Assembly: GCA_029246605.1 (NCBI GenBank)
Contig: JAQWMV010000278.1
Location: forward strand, 1-63,054
DNA: 63,054 nucleotides
Reading direction: 5' to 3'
Source: Pseudomonadales bacterium
Lineage (GTDB): Bacteria; Pseudomonadota; Gammaproteobacteria; Pseudomonadales; Azotimanducaceae
Position numbers and translations under genes: made by a program. Below, in pieces: positions 19,937 to 33,394 of the stretch. The notes below the pieces were generated by a model that was given only the letters and a program-made list of their open reading frames with translations, was not told the DNA's origin and ran no database searches. Numbering within the stretch: the stretch's first letter is position 1; each line of letters opens with the position of its first letter.

Positions 19937-20839
19937 CTAGTGAAGCCCTCCAGGTTTATGGAAGCGATATAGCCTTTTTTGACCAGGGGGTCGCTCTCGG
20001 AAACGCTTGTACTCCCATTGATATTGCGACGGTGCAAGCGCTACACAGGATTCGATAGTTTTATTGATTGCCTCAACCGCCAATGATTCAGATTGGTCAT
20101 ACACAAGCGCGTTGGGTTCCTGCCAGGCAATAGTGAATTTTCCATTGTGAAGGCGCTGTACCGTCACTGCGACCACCCGCGCTCCCGTCTTCTGGATCAG
20201 GCGTGGAATGAGGCGATCAGTCAATGCTTCATGACCGAAAAAAGGACTGAATACACCGCTACCCGGTACCTGGTCCGGCAGGATGGTGACAACACCGCCA
20301 GACTCCAGACGACGATACAGTCGAGCTACACCCTTTACATTCGTCTCTACTAGCTCATTACCAAAATTTTGGCGAATGTCTCGCATCACTGCCTGCAGGA
20401 ACATCTGCCGGGGGGGGTGGTACAGCGCCGTCATCTTACCGTGCCGAGAATAGTACACGTTGAACAGTTCCCAGTTTCCGAGGTGTGGCAAGAGCACTAT
20501 GACTCCTCGACCCTGATCTTTGGCTTCATTCAACAACGATTCATCACTAACCTTCTCTATCCAGGTTTCAAGCCTTGGTCTTGAACCCAGCCATACTGCA
20601 GGTGTTTCAAACATCGTCTGTGCGGTGTGCTGAAGGCTCTTGTCTACCAGAAGATCCTTTTCTGACTCGGGTAATAGCGGATAACAAAGGCCAATGTTCT
20701 CTCGTGTAATTTTTGCCGCTCGCGTATCGACAATATAGTGTAAACGACCGACGATTTGACCGAGAATCTGACTCACCTTCCTTGGCAATAACGATAGTAT
20801 GTTTAGGAAGACAGCCGCCAGGGTTCCTGTCATGAACAT
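19937..20839 (-). CDS. lpxL: Lipid A biosynthesis lauroyl/myristoyl acyltransferase (LpxL/HtrB family)
   Basis: 300 aa with an N-terminal TM helix and the 'LLPHLGNWE' HX4E acyltransferase motif. Confidence 0.7.
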   Translation of the reverse strand: MFMTGTLAAVFLNILSLLPRKVSQILGQIVGRLHYIVDTRAAKITRENIGLCYPLLPESEKDLLVDKSLQHTAQTMFETPAVWLGSRPRLETWIEKVSDESLLNEAKDQGRGVIVLLPHLGNWELFNVYYSRHGKMTALYHPPRQMFLQAVMRDIRQNFGNELVETNVKGVARLYRRLESGGVVTILPDQVPGSGVFSPFFGHEALTDRLIPRLIQKTGARVVAVTVQRLHNGKFTIAWQEPNALVYDQSESLAVEAINKTIESCVALAPSQYQWEYKRFRERPPGQKRLYRFHKPGGLH

Positions 20840-21396
20840 TCCTTATGGCGAAAACATGCGACCTCATGGTCATTGACCATGCCCATCGCCTGCATGAAGG
20901 CATAGCAGATGGTTGGGCCAACGAAGCAAAACCCCTTTAATTTCAATCCTTTGCTCATTGCTTCTGACTCTTGAGTTTGCGCCGGTATATCTGATATCTG
21001 CTGCCAGGAATTTTGAATCGGCTTATGCCCGACAAAAGACCACAAATAATTAGCGAAGCCTTCATTGGCTTCAAGCGTAAGAAAGGCTTGGGCATTGCTA
21101 ATAGTGCTGTTGATTTTCAATTTGTTGCGGACAATGCCAGCATTACTAAGAAGCTCGTTAATTTTTTTGTCACCGTATTGCGCGATCAACCTTGCATCAA
21201 ATCCATCAAATGCCTGTCGATAGTTTTCCCGTTTTCTCAAAATGGTAATCCATGACAAACCCGCCTGTGCGCCTTCGAGAATAAGGAACTCAAACAACAC
21301 CGCAGGGTCGAACTGCGGCACTCCCCACTGGGTATCGTGATACTCAATATACAATGCATCCCCTTCGCACCATACACATCGATAGTCCTGATCCAA
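20830..21396 (-). CDS. tag: DNA-3-methyladenine glycosylase I
   Basis: 188 aa with 'RCVWC...YHDTQWG' and 'GLSWITIL'. Confidence 0.85.
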   Translation of the reverse strand: MDQDYRCVWCEGDALYIEYHDTQWGVPQFDPAVLFEFLILEGAQAGLSWITILRKRENYRQAFDGFDARLIAQYGDKKINELLSNAGIVRNKLKINSTISNAQAFLTLEANEGFANYLWSFVGHKPIQNSWQQISDIPAQTQESEAMSKGLKLKGFCFVGPTICYAFMQAMGMVNDHEVACFRHKECS

Positions 21397-21475
21397 GCTT
21401 TCACCTCGCTAAACATGTGTCAAATTTATACTGTCAGGTATACTTACGCATTTTTTGCTCCGGGGTAAAGCCTCG

Positions 21476-22405
21476 ATGTCTGACACTTTTCAAAATTTGA
21501 TCCTCGCCCTTCAGAAATATTGGTCTGAGCAGGGGTGCGTATTGATGCAATCCTATGATCAGGAAATGGGTGCTGGCACCTTTCATCCTGCGACGTTTCT
21601 GCGCTCAATTGGTCCTGAGAACTGGCGGGCGGCTTACGTTCAGCCATGCCGCCGACCAACAGATGGGCGTTATGGCGAGAACCCGAATCGCTACCAGTAT
21701 TACTACCAATTTCAGGTTGTAATGAAGCCTTCCCCGGAAAATTTCCAGGAACTTTACCTCGATTCCTTGAAGGCGCTGGGGATAGACCCCCTGGTCCACG
21801 ATATCCGATTTGTCGAGGATAATTGGGAGTCCCCAACATTGGGCGCCTGGGGACTAGGGTGGGAAGTTTGGATGGACGGTATGGAAATCACCCAATTTAC
21901 CTACTTCCAACAGGTTGGTGGTCTCGAATGCTATCCCGTTATGGGCGAGATTACCTATGGCCTGGAACGCCTAGCCTTGTACTTACAGGGTGTCGAAGAT
22001 TTTAAACAATTGATCTGGACCAAAACTGGTAATCAAACGGTTACTTATGCAGATATCTTTCATCAATACGAAGTTGAAATGTCAGCCTTTAACTTTGACG
22101 AGGCCAATATTGAAGGCTTACTGACTCAGTTTGATTTCTTCGAAAGTGAAATAGAACGTCTTCTTGAAGCGGGCCTGTCGCTACCAGCTTACGAGTACGT
22201 GCTCAAGGCATCCCATGCGTTTAATCTACTAGACTCGAGGCACGCAATATCGGTGACTGAACGACAGCGTTTCATTCTCAGAGTCCGTACTTTGTCACGA
22301 GAAGTCGCAAAGGCCTACTTTGAGTCCCGCCGAGCCCTTGGCTTTCCGCTTGCAGACGATGATACCCGTGCGCACGTATTGAAGGAACTTGCTAATGCGC
22401 AATGA
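21476..22405 (+). CDS. glyQ: Glycine--tRNA ligase alpha subunit
   Basis: It has '[17 protein letters not shown]' and '[19 protein letters not shown]'. The start is the ATG at 21476. Confidence 0.95.
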   Translation: MSDTFQNLILALQKYWSEQGCVLMQSYDQEMGAGTFHPATFLRSIGPENWRAAYVQPCRRPTDGRYGENPNRYQYYYQFQVVMKPSPENFQELYLDSLKALGIDPLVHDIRFVEDNWESPTLGAWGLGWEVWMDGMEITQFTYFQQVGGLECYPVMGEITYGLERLALYLQGVEDFKQLIWTKTGNQTVTYADIFHQYEVEMSAFNFDEANIEGLLTQFDFFESEIERLLEAGLSLPAYEYVLKASHAFNLLDSRHAISVTERQRFILRVRTLSREVAKAYFESRRALGFPLADDDTRAHVLKELANAQ

Positions 22406-24448
22406 TGATTTCCTTCTAGAGATCGGCACCGAGGAGTTACCACCAAAGTCTCTAAAAAAACTTATCACGAGTTTTGCAGATAACGTTTCAAGCGAACTCT
22501 TGAAGAGGCAGTTTTCCTTTTCTGAAGTGAACGCATATGGCACACCACGACGCCTCGCAATAGTAATTAGTGAGCTGACAGAATTCCAGCCAGAGCAAAA
22601 TATCGAAAAACGCGGTCCTTCGGTTAAAGCTGCTTACAACAGCGATGGTGACCCAACTAAGGCACTAGAGGGGTTCGCTAAATCTTGTGGCGTTACTGAT
22701 GCCTCACTCCTCGAACGACTAACAACAGAAAAAGGCGAGTGGGTTGTTTTTCGAGAAACAAAAGTCGGCAAATCAATTGCTGACGAGATTGAAAATATTG
22801 TCGCTAGCGCCCTAGGCAATCTTCCCATAGAACGACGTATGCGTTGGGGGAAAAGCCGAACAGAATTCGTTCGACCGGTACATTGGGTTGTTGCTCTGTA
22901 TGGGCAAGACATCCTGGATATCGATGTCCTGGGACAAAAAGCCGATCGCCATACCCATGGACATCGTTTTATGCAACCCGGTACTGTAGCTATTAACGCA
23001 GCTAACCGTTACGTCGATATCTGTAGAGACGCCAGTGTCATCGCCGATTTTTCAGAACGTCGAGATATCATAAAAAGCGGTCTCGAATCGGAAGCAAACA
23101 AGTTTGAGGTAAATGTTGAGGTCGATGAAGACCTGCTAGATGAGGTGACTTCACTTGTGGAATGGCCAGTCGTTCTAAGTGGACAATTTGACGAACAATT
23201 TCTCAACATTCCAGAGGAAGTGCTGATCTCTGCAATGAAAGAACATCAGCGATATTTTCACATGCGTGACAACAAAGGAAATTTGCTACCACGCTTCATC
23301 ACGGTTGCAAATATTTCTAGCAAGGATCCCGCCTCAGTTATTGCCGGAAATGAACGTGTTATCCATCCTCGATTATCTGACGCCTCCTTCTTTTTTAACA
23401 ATGACACCAAGACTTCACTTGAAGATAGCTTGCCGCGCCTTAATCAGGTCGTTTTTCAAACTATGCTTGGGACCTATCACGACAAAGCAACCCGCATCAG
23501 CGAGCTGGCTCGTTTTATTGCACAGCAACTCGATGGAAATACCGAAAGTGCGGCCCGTGCCGGTCTGCTTTGTAAAGTAGATCTCGTTTCTGATTTGGTT
23601 GGCGAGTTCCCTGACCTGCAAGGCACCATGGGCGGGCACTTTGCCACGACAGGCAAAGAGGAAAAAGATGTATGCCAAGCAATCGCGATGCAGTATTTTC
23701 CTACATCATCCGGCGCAAAACTGCCCTTAGGCGATGTCCCCTGCAGCGTAGCCATTGCTGACAAACTCGACACCCTCGTAGGAATTTTTGGTATTGGGCA
23801 ACCACCAACTGGATCCAAGGACCCCTATGCTTTAAGGCGTCAAACACTCGGTGTAATCCGAATTATCATCGAGAACGAACTGACAGTTGACGTAAAATCC
23901 TGCCTCACTAAAGCGGCGGCACTTTATTCGCAACATCATTTTGATATTGAGCAAGTCTACCAATACATGCTTGACAGACTGTCCAATTGGTACCAAGACG
24001 CTGGTATCGATGGGGATGTGGTGAAAGCCATTCGAGGCAGCAACCAAAGCGTTGCAAACCTGGTTCAGACCAATCATAGAGTACACGCACTTAATGATTT
24101 TAAGACGTCTGATAAAGCAAAAAATTTGATTGCCGCGAACAAGCGCGTCGCTAATATACTAAAGGACGTCGATGGCTTACCCAATATTGACGAGCAATTG
24201 TTTGAGCAATCCGTCGAAAGTGAGTTACACAACGCACTCATTCAACTGAGCAATGAACTACAGACTACTGAGGATTATAGTCAGAAGTTAATCATCCTTG
24301 CCGATCAGCAGGATTTGATAGATGCATATTTTAACGATGTACTGGTTATGGCTGACCAAGAAGACTTGAAGCAAAATCGCCTGGCCACTATTTCTCGTAT
24401 GCGAAATCTTTTTCTAGAGGTTGCCGATTTGTCACTATTACAAACAAC

Positions 24449-24452
<4 letters not shown>
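22395..24452 (+). CDS. glyS: Glycine--tRNA ligase beta subunit
   Basis: It begins '[13 protein letters not shown]' and is about 685 aa. It overlaps the end of glyQ. Confidence 0.9.
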
Positions 24453-28434
<3,982 letters not shown>

Positions 28435-28438
<4 letters not shown>

Positions 28439-29532
28439 AGCTTCATTGGCATGACCACGTAGATAGCATCTTCATTATCCGGTTCTTCCAAAACTGCGCT
28501 GCTATTGGCGTCTAGCACTGTTATTTTGATTTTATCGCTATCGAGGACACTCAATACGTCCTGCAAATAGCTTACGTTAAAGCCAATCTCTACAGTATCG
28601 CCTTGATAGTCTACCGATACTGTTTCCTCGGCTTCTTCTTGTTCTGGATTATTGGCGGACAACTGTATATTGCCACTGCTGAAACACACCCTAATGGCAC
28701 GAAATTTTTCATTAGACAAAATTGCCGTCCGACTTAGCGCTTGCCGCAATTCATCCCTGTCAGCAAGTATTGTTCGATTACCACCCTTTGGGATGACTCT
28801 TTCATAATCCGGGTATTTACCATCTAAAAGCTTGGTCGTGAGACTGAACTCTTCGGTAGTCGTACCCAGGTGATTGCTACCAATGGAAATATCCACATCA
28901 CCCTTTACTTCCTGTAACAGCCTTTGCAGTTCCACCACGCCCTTACGAGGCAAAATCACCTGCCGTGAGGATTTCGATCCTGGCACTTCTAAGCTATTTA
29001 GCGCTAATCTATGACCATCCGTCGCGACAGCACGAATGACGCCATCTCCCGTTTCTAGTAACATACCATTCAAGAAAAACCGCACATCCTGTTGCGCCAT
29101 GGCGAAACCGGTTTTATCAAGCAGGTTTTTCAATGCTTTGCTATCGACACTTATGTTCATCTCATCGGCGGTTTTTTCTACCGATGGAAAATCTTGTGCA
29201 GGTAGCGTAGAAAGTGTCGAGCGAAAACGGCCAGATTTGATAACCAAACGCTGCTCCATTTGCTCAAATTCAACCTCTGCCCCATCTGGCAGTTGGCGAC
29301 AAATATCCATAAGCTTCCTGGCTGGAACCGTAATTTCTCCAGGTGTCGCATCTTTAATGCCCACCTTGCCTACCAATTCCACTTCCAGATCCGTTCCTGA
29401 TAACGACAACTGATCAACGGAGACTTGGAACAACACGTTTGATAGTATCGGTAGTGTCTGCCGCCGCTCTACAACACCAGCTACCTGCTGTAAGGGCCTT
29501 AGCAAGGCATCTCTATTAATTGAGAACTTCAT
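28435..29532 (-). CDS. dnaN: DNA polymerase III beta sliding clamp, canonical-looking copy (recF-proximal)
   Basis: 365 aa. It retains E. coli-like motifs: 'ATDGHRLA', 'YPDYERVIP', 'NNPEQEEAEE', 'GFNVSYLQDVL' and the C-terminal 'YVVMPMKL'. Confidence 0.9.
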
Positions 29533-29632
29533 ATGACTTCCGATTCTTGACCTCTTTTAGTCGTTAGTTTGTTAACTTGTTAATCTATGGCACAGCATGT
29601 TAGTTAGTGCTTACTGATCGTATAGAGCTTAT

Positions 29633-30736
29633 TTAAAGCATCATAGGACTGACAACATAGAGCGAGTTTGGATCCTCCAGATCAGTTAGTACACAGGCGC
29701 TATTGGTATCAATAAACGTTACCCTCACCCGCTCACCCTGCATTGTGGATAACGCTTCGAGCAGAAAGCCAACGTTGAAGGCAATCTCCATAGGCTCACC
29801 ATCGTACTCTACGGCAACAGTTTCTTCCGCCTCTTCGTGTAAAGGATTATTAGCATGCAAATCCAACTTGCCTGACGACAACTGAAGACGAACGTTGCGA
29901 TACATCTCATTAGACAAAATGGAAGTTCTATTAAGTGCCTCGCGGATTTCCAGGCGGTTCCCCTGCATTACTTTGTCACCACCGCTGGGGATGGCTCTCG
30001 AGTAATCTGGATACGTGCTATCGATTAACTTAGTTGTTAAAACGGCATTCGCGATGCTTGCCCGCATATGATTACTCGAAAAATGCAACGCTACAGCTCC
30101 CTTCGGAGCATCACTGAGCAGGCGAGATAGCTCTTGAACACCTTTTCTCGGAACGATGTACTGTTGTAGCTCCCCGGATGTCTGATGTTCACCAAAACAC
30201 GTCGCCAGACGCTGACCGTTAGTAGCAACCATCCGAATCTGATTTTGGTCCAGCTCAACTAAAACACCATTGAAAAACAATCGTACATCTTGCTGGGCCA
30301 TCGCAAAACTGGTTTTGCCCAACAAAGAACTCAACAATGATGAATCAACATCAACTGTTGAACCGTCGGTTTCTGGCTCTACGTTAGGAAAATCCACCGC
30401 CGGGAGCGTCGCCAGATGAGACCTAAAACTCCCACTCACGACGGAAAGCCTGCCTTCATCAAGCTTTAGAGTTAACGACGCTTTATCCGCTAGACTACGA
30501 CAGATATCCATCAATTTCCTTGCTGGAACCGTCAATTCGCCCGCTTCGGCCACCTGCACGTCTGTAATTTTTGCCGTAAGCTCTACTTCTTCGTCTGTGC
30601 CTGTAATTGTCAGGCTGTCATCTTCCGCTACCAATAGCAGATTAGACAAAATAGGTAGCGTTTGACGGCGACCCACGACTCCCGCCACCAACTGCAGTGG
30701 ATCTAACAATGATTCTCGACTTATTGTTAGTTTCAT
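29633..30736 (-). CDS. dnaN: DNA polymerase III beta sliding clamp paralog, divergent copy (dnaA-proximal)
   Basis: 367 aa, full length with no stops. By eye about half of its residues are identical to the neighbouring copy. It has 'ATNGQRLA', 'YPDYSRAIP', 'NNPLHEEAEE', 'AFNVGFLLEAL' and the C-terminal 'YVVSPMML'. It starts 8 nt after the dnaA stop. Confidence 0.85.
   Translation of the reverse strand: MKLTISRESLLDPLQLVAGVVGRRQTLPILSNLLLVAEDDSLTITGTDEEVELTAKITDVQVAEAGELTVPARKLMDICRSLADKASLTLKLDEGRLSVVSGSFRSHLATLPAVDFPNVEPETDGSTVDVDSSLLSSLLGKTSFAMAQQDVRLFFNGVLVELDQNQIRMVATNGQRLATCFGEHQTSGELQQYIVPRKGVQELSRLLSDAPKGAVALHFSSNHMRASIANAVLTTKLIDSTYPDYSRAIPSGGDKVMQGNRLEIREALNRTSILSNEMYRNVRLQLSSGKLDLHANNPLHEEAEETVAVEYDGEPMEIAFNVGFLLEALSTMQGERVRVTFIDTNSACVLTDLEDPNSLYVVSPMML
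29744..29752 (-). promoter_or_regulatory. Perfect DnaA box (TTATCCACA on the minus strand) inside the 3' part of the divergent dnaN
   Basis: TGTGGATAA is read on the plus strand, about 210 nt upstream of the start of the second dnaN. A single perfect 9-mer could occur by chance. Confidence 0.35.
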
Positions 30737-30744
30737 AACCTCTC

Positions 30745-32061
30745 TTAGGATGTCAATATTCGTAACAAGTTATTATAATCCACATCAATATCGCGGTTGT
30801 CCTCACGAAGCTCTTCTATTCTACGAACAGCATGCAAGACCGTTGTATGGTCTTTGCCGCCGAAAGAGTCACCGATTTCAGGTAAACTATGGTTGGTAAG
30901 TTCCTTAGCCAGGGACATAGCCATTTGTCTAGGTCGTGCCACTGACCGGGAGCGTCTCTTAGAGTGCAAATCGCTAATGCGAATCTTAAAGTAGTCAGCC
31001 ACTGTTTTCTGAATATTATCAATACCAACCTGACGATCCTGGATAGCAATTAAATCTCTTAATGACTCTCGTACCTGATCAACCGAGATGCCTCGCCCTG
31101 TAAATTTCGCATTGGCAATGACCCGTTTTAATGCACCTTCCAGCTCTCTAACGTTCGAACGAATACGTTCCGCAACGAAAAAGGCGGGTTCCTGTGGCAA
31201 TTGAACCTGCTCCAAGTCAGCTTTCTTCATCAAAATAGCGACTCTGGTTTCTAAATCAGGCGGCTCAAGCGTTGCTGTCATTCCCCAGACGAAACGGCTT
31301 TCCAATCGCTCTTGAAGATTCTCTATTTCTTTAGGATAGCGATCACAGGTCAGTATTATTTGATTACCATCCTCTTGTAACCTATTAAATACATGGAAAA
31401 ATTCTTCTTGAGACTTCTGACCGTTTGCAAGGAACTGTATATCATCCATCAGCAATACATCTACGGATCGATAGTATTGCGTAAAGTCGGACATGGTGCC
31501 GTGTTCAATGGCCCTTACCATATCCTCCATAAATCTTTTCGAATACATGTAGCTGACATTGAGATGGGGATGTTTCTCTAATATTGAATTGCCGATGGCA
31601 TGCATCAAATGTGTCTTGCCTAATCCCACACCCCCATAGAACAATAACGGGTTGTAAGACGCTCCGCCGACGTTCTCAGAAACCTGTAAAGCTGCTGCTC
31701 TGGCAATTTGGTTCGATTTACCCTCGACAAAAGTATCAAAGGTAAAATCCTTATTCAGTCCAAGTAGGGGGAAAAAAGACTCTCTTTCCACGAACGCATT
31801 ATCGGCCTTTGAACCTTTCGCTCTGTGTGTACTCCCTATTTCTAGGCTCACCGACTGGTCACTGTTTTGCTTAACGAGTTCAATTATCCTCTTAAGAAAC
31901 TGATCGTTTATTTTATCGAGAATATATTTATTAGGCGCTAGTAGGCGTACATCGCCGTCTCCTGGTACTAATTGCAGGGGTCTTATCCAAGTATTAAATT
32001 GCTGTGGTGAGAGTTCGTCTTCCAGACTAGCTAAACATTGTTGCCAAATACTTGTCCCCAC
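30745..32061 (-). CDS. dnaA: Chromosomal replication initiator protein DnaA
   Basis: 438 aa with a GTG start, the AAA+ motif '[13 protein letters not shown]' and the domain IV motif 'DHTTVLHA'. Confidence 0.95.
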   Translation of the reverse strand: MGTSIWQQCLASLEDELSPQQFNTWIRPLQLVPGDGDVRLLAPNKYILDKINDQFLKRIIELVKQNSDQSVSLEIGSTHRAKGSKADNAFVERESFFPLLGLNKDFTFDTFVEGKSNQIARAAALQVSENVGGASYNPLLFYGGVGLGKTHLMHAIGNSILEKHPHLNVSYMYSKRFMEDMVRAIEHGTMSDFTQYYRSVDVLLMDDIQFLANGQKSQEEFFHVFNRLQEDGNQIILTCDRYPKEIENLQERLESRFVWGMTATLEPPDLETRVAILMKKADLEQVQLPQEPAFFVAERIRSNVRELEGALKRVIANAKFTGRGISVDQVRESLRDLIAIQDRQVGIDNIQKTVADYFKIRISDLHSKRRSRSVARPRQMAMSLAKELTNHSLPEIGDSFGGKDHTTVLHAVRRIEELREDNRDIDVDYNNLLRILTS

Positions 32062-32305
32062 AAAACCCCCGTGACTACGTTTATGATTATAGCTTCTTGT
32101 TATCTACCAACATGGCTATGCTGAATATACTGAAAAGCTGTTTTGTGCTGTATGTTTGAGTAGTTCATACAGAACACAGAATAGTAACGCCAAACATAGC
32201 GTCAAGCCAAGTGCTGTGATAAAAAAAACAATAAAAAAAATGTTTATTTTTCAATATGTTATACATTAATCACCTCAGTAAGCAGTGATCAACCTGTGTG
32301 TAACT

Positions 32306-32314
32306 TGTGGATAT
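32306..32314 (-). promoter_or_regulatory. DnaA box, 8/9 match (TGTGGATAT on the plus strand)
   Basis: It has one mismatch to TGTGGATAA and lies 39 bp from the perfect box in the same orientation. Confidence 0.45.
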
Positions 32315-32344
32315 AATGCAAATAACCCTAAAGCATTTTTTCTT

Positions 32345-32353
32345 TGTGGATAA
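32345..32353 (-). promoter_or_regulatory. DnaA box, perfect (TGTGGATAA on the plus strand = TTATCCACA)
   Basis: It is an exact consensus 9-mer within the rpmH-dnaA intergenic region. Confidence 0.65.
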
Positions 32354-32440
32354 AGCAGTGTTTAATCCAACAGATATACACATCTTATGACAGGATGTCA
32401 GATATCTAATTCATAAGTTATGCCAACTACAACATACTGA

Positions 32441-32530
32441 TTATTAAATAAAAAATATACTAATCCACAGAAATCTTGCTATTAATAACAATAACAATAA
32501 TTTTATATATATATGTATTATTCATTATTA
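32441..32530. other. AT-rich tract, candidate DNA unwinding element
   Basis: The sequence 'ttattaaataaaaaatatac...attaataacaataacaataattttatatatatatgtattattcattatta' is almost devoid of G/C apart from the embedded DnaA-box-like 9-mer. Confidence 0.4.
32461..32469 (+). promoter_or_regulatory. DnaA box, 8/9 match (TAATCCACA)
   Basis: It has one mismatch, is in the opposite orientation to the other two boxes, and is embedded in the AT-rich tract. Confidence 0.45.
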
Positions 32531-32588
32531 CCCTAAGCTCGGTTTCCTTCTGTTTTTCAAAAACTACCAATTTGAGGTAGTGTTTGGT

Positions 32589-32617
32589 TTGACTGCGATT
32601 AGCTTCTTCTTTAGAAT
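32589..32617 (+). promoter_or_regulatory. Sigma70-type promoter for rpmH-rnpA (TTGACT-17 nt-TAGAAT)
   Basis: The -35 element TTGACT is at 32589-32594 and the -10 element TAGAAT is at 32612-32617, with a 17-nt spacer. It lies about 30 nt upstream of the rpmH ATG. Confidence 0.55.
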
Positions 32618-32646
32618 CCGCGCTCTCTCAATTGGGTCATCCAAAG

Positions 32647-32781
32647 ATGAAAAGAACATTCCAACCAAGTGTAATTAAGCGCAAACGAACCCATGGTTTT
32701 AGAGCACGAATGGCGACTAAGGCTGGTCGTATGGTACTTAAGCGAAGAAGAGCTAAGGGTCGAAAAGCGCTCAGTGCTTGA
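32647..32781 (+). CDS. rpmH: 50S ribosomal protein L34
   Basis: This gene is not in the ORF track because it is under 60 aa. My translation is '[44 protein letters not shown]' (44 aa), the hallmark L34 sequence. Confidence 0.95.
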   Translation: MKRTFQPSVIKRKRTHGFRARMATKAGRMVLKRRRAKGRKALSA

Positions 32782-33152
32782 TTAATCGCGGTGTATCAGG
32801 CTTGCCCAAACGAGCACGATTGCAGCAAAGCAGTGAATTTAATGCGGTTTTTGAACAAAATTCATTCCGTATCAACGCGTCTGAATTCTTAATTCTAGCG
32901 CGAAAGAACGATTTTACCTTTAGCAGACTGGGTATGATCATTAGTAAACGCACAACACCCACTTCAGTAAAAAGAAATCTCTTTAAACGACTCACAAGAG
33001 AAGCATTTCGTCATTCCAAACTTAACGAAATACCCTTAGATATCATTGTGTTAGGAAGACCGAAAGCCAATAAGATGACGAAAAAGGAATTATTGAAGAG
33101 CTTAGTAGTGAATTTCCAGCGCCTAAACGAACAGTGGGCGACACAACAGTGA
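32778..33152 (+). CDS. rnpA: Ribonuclease P protein component
   Basis: 124 aa basic protein with '[31 protein letters not shown]' (the RNR-like motif). It lies downstream of rpmH, and its TTG start overlaps the rpmH stop. Confidence 0.85.
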   Translation: MINRGVSGLPKRARLQQSSEFNAVFEQNSFRINASEFLILARKNDFTFSRLGMIISKRTTPTSVKRNLFKRLTREAFRHSKLNEIPLDIIVLGRPKANKMTKKELLKSLVVNFQRLNEQWATQQ

Positions 33153-33394
33153 AGAAACTGCTCACATCAGGAATATGGCTATATCAGGCAATGCTAAGTG
33201 GATTTTTAGGACCACGATGCCGTTTTTATCCCAGTTGTTCTCAGTACGCTATTGAGTCAATTGAAACACATGGTTTATTGAAAGGCTGTGCACTATCGAT
33301 TCAAAGAATATGCAAGTGCCACCCCTTTCACCCTGGTGGCATTGATGAAGTTCCACCAAAAGAACAGATAACGTCAACCTCGGGGGGAAATTAA
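33134..33394 (+). CDS. yidD: Membrane protein insertion efficiency factor YidD
   Basis: It has '[29 protein letters not shown]'. The true start may be the internal GTG near 33149. Confidence 0.85.
   Translation: MGDTTVKKLLTSGIWLYQAMLSGFLGPRCRFYPSCSQYAIESIETHGLLKGCALSIQRICKCHPFHPGGIDEVPPKEQITSTSGGN

Larger units (their letters stand above)
32062..32646. other. oriC: Candidate chromosomal origin of replication (oriC) plus dnaA and rpmH promoter region
   Basis: This 585-bp non-coding rpmH-dnaA spacer is the oriC location in Pseudomonas-type genomes. It holds one perfect and two 8/9 DnaA boxes and two strongly AT-rich tracts (about 32217-32275 and 32441-32530). Genes diverge on both sides. Confidence 0.65.

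Noticed and set aside
30776-30784. TAATCCACA, an 8/9 DnaA box in the last codons of dnaA just upstream of the first dnaN.
   Set aside because: One-mismatch 9-mers are frequent by chance and there is no supporting cluster. It is noted only as context for the perfect box at 29744.
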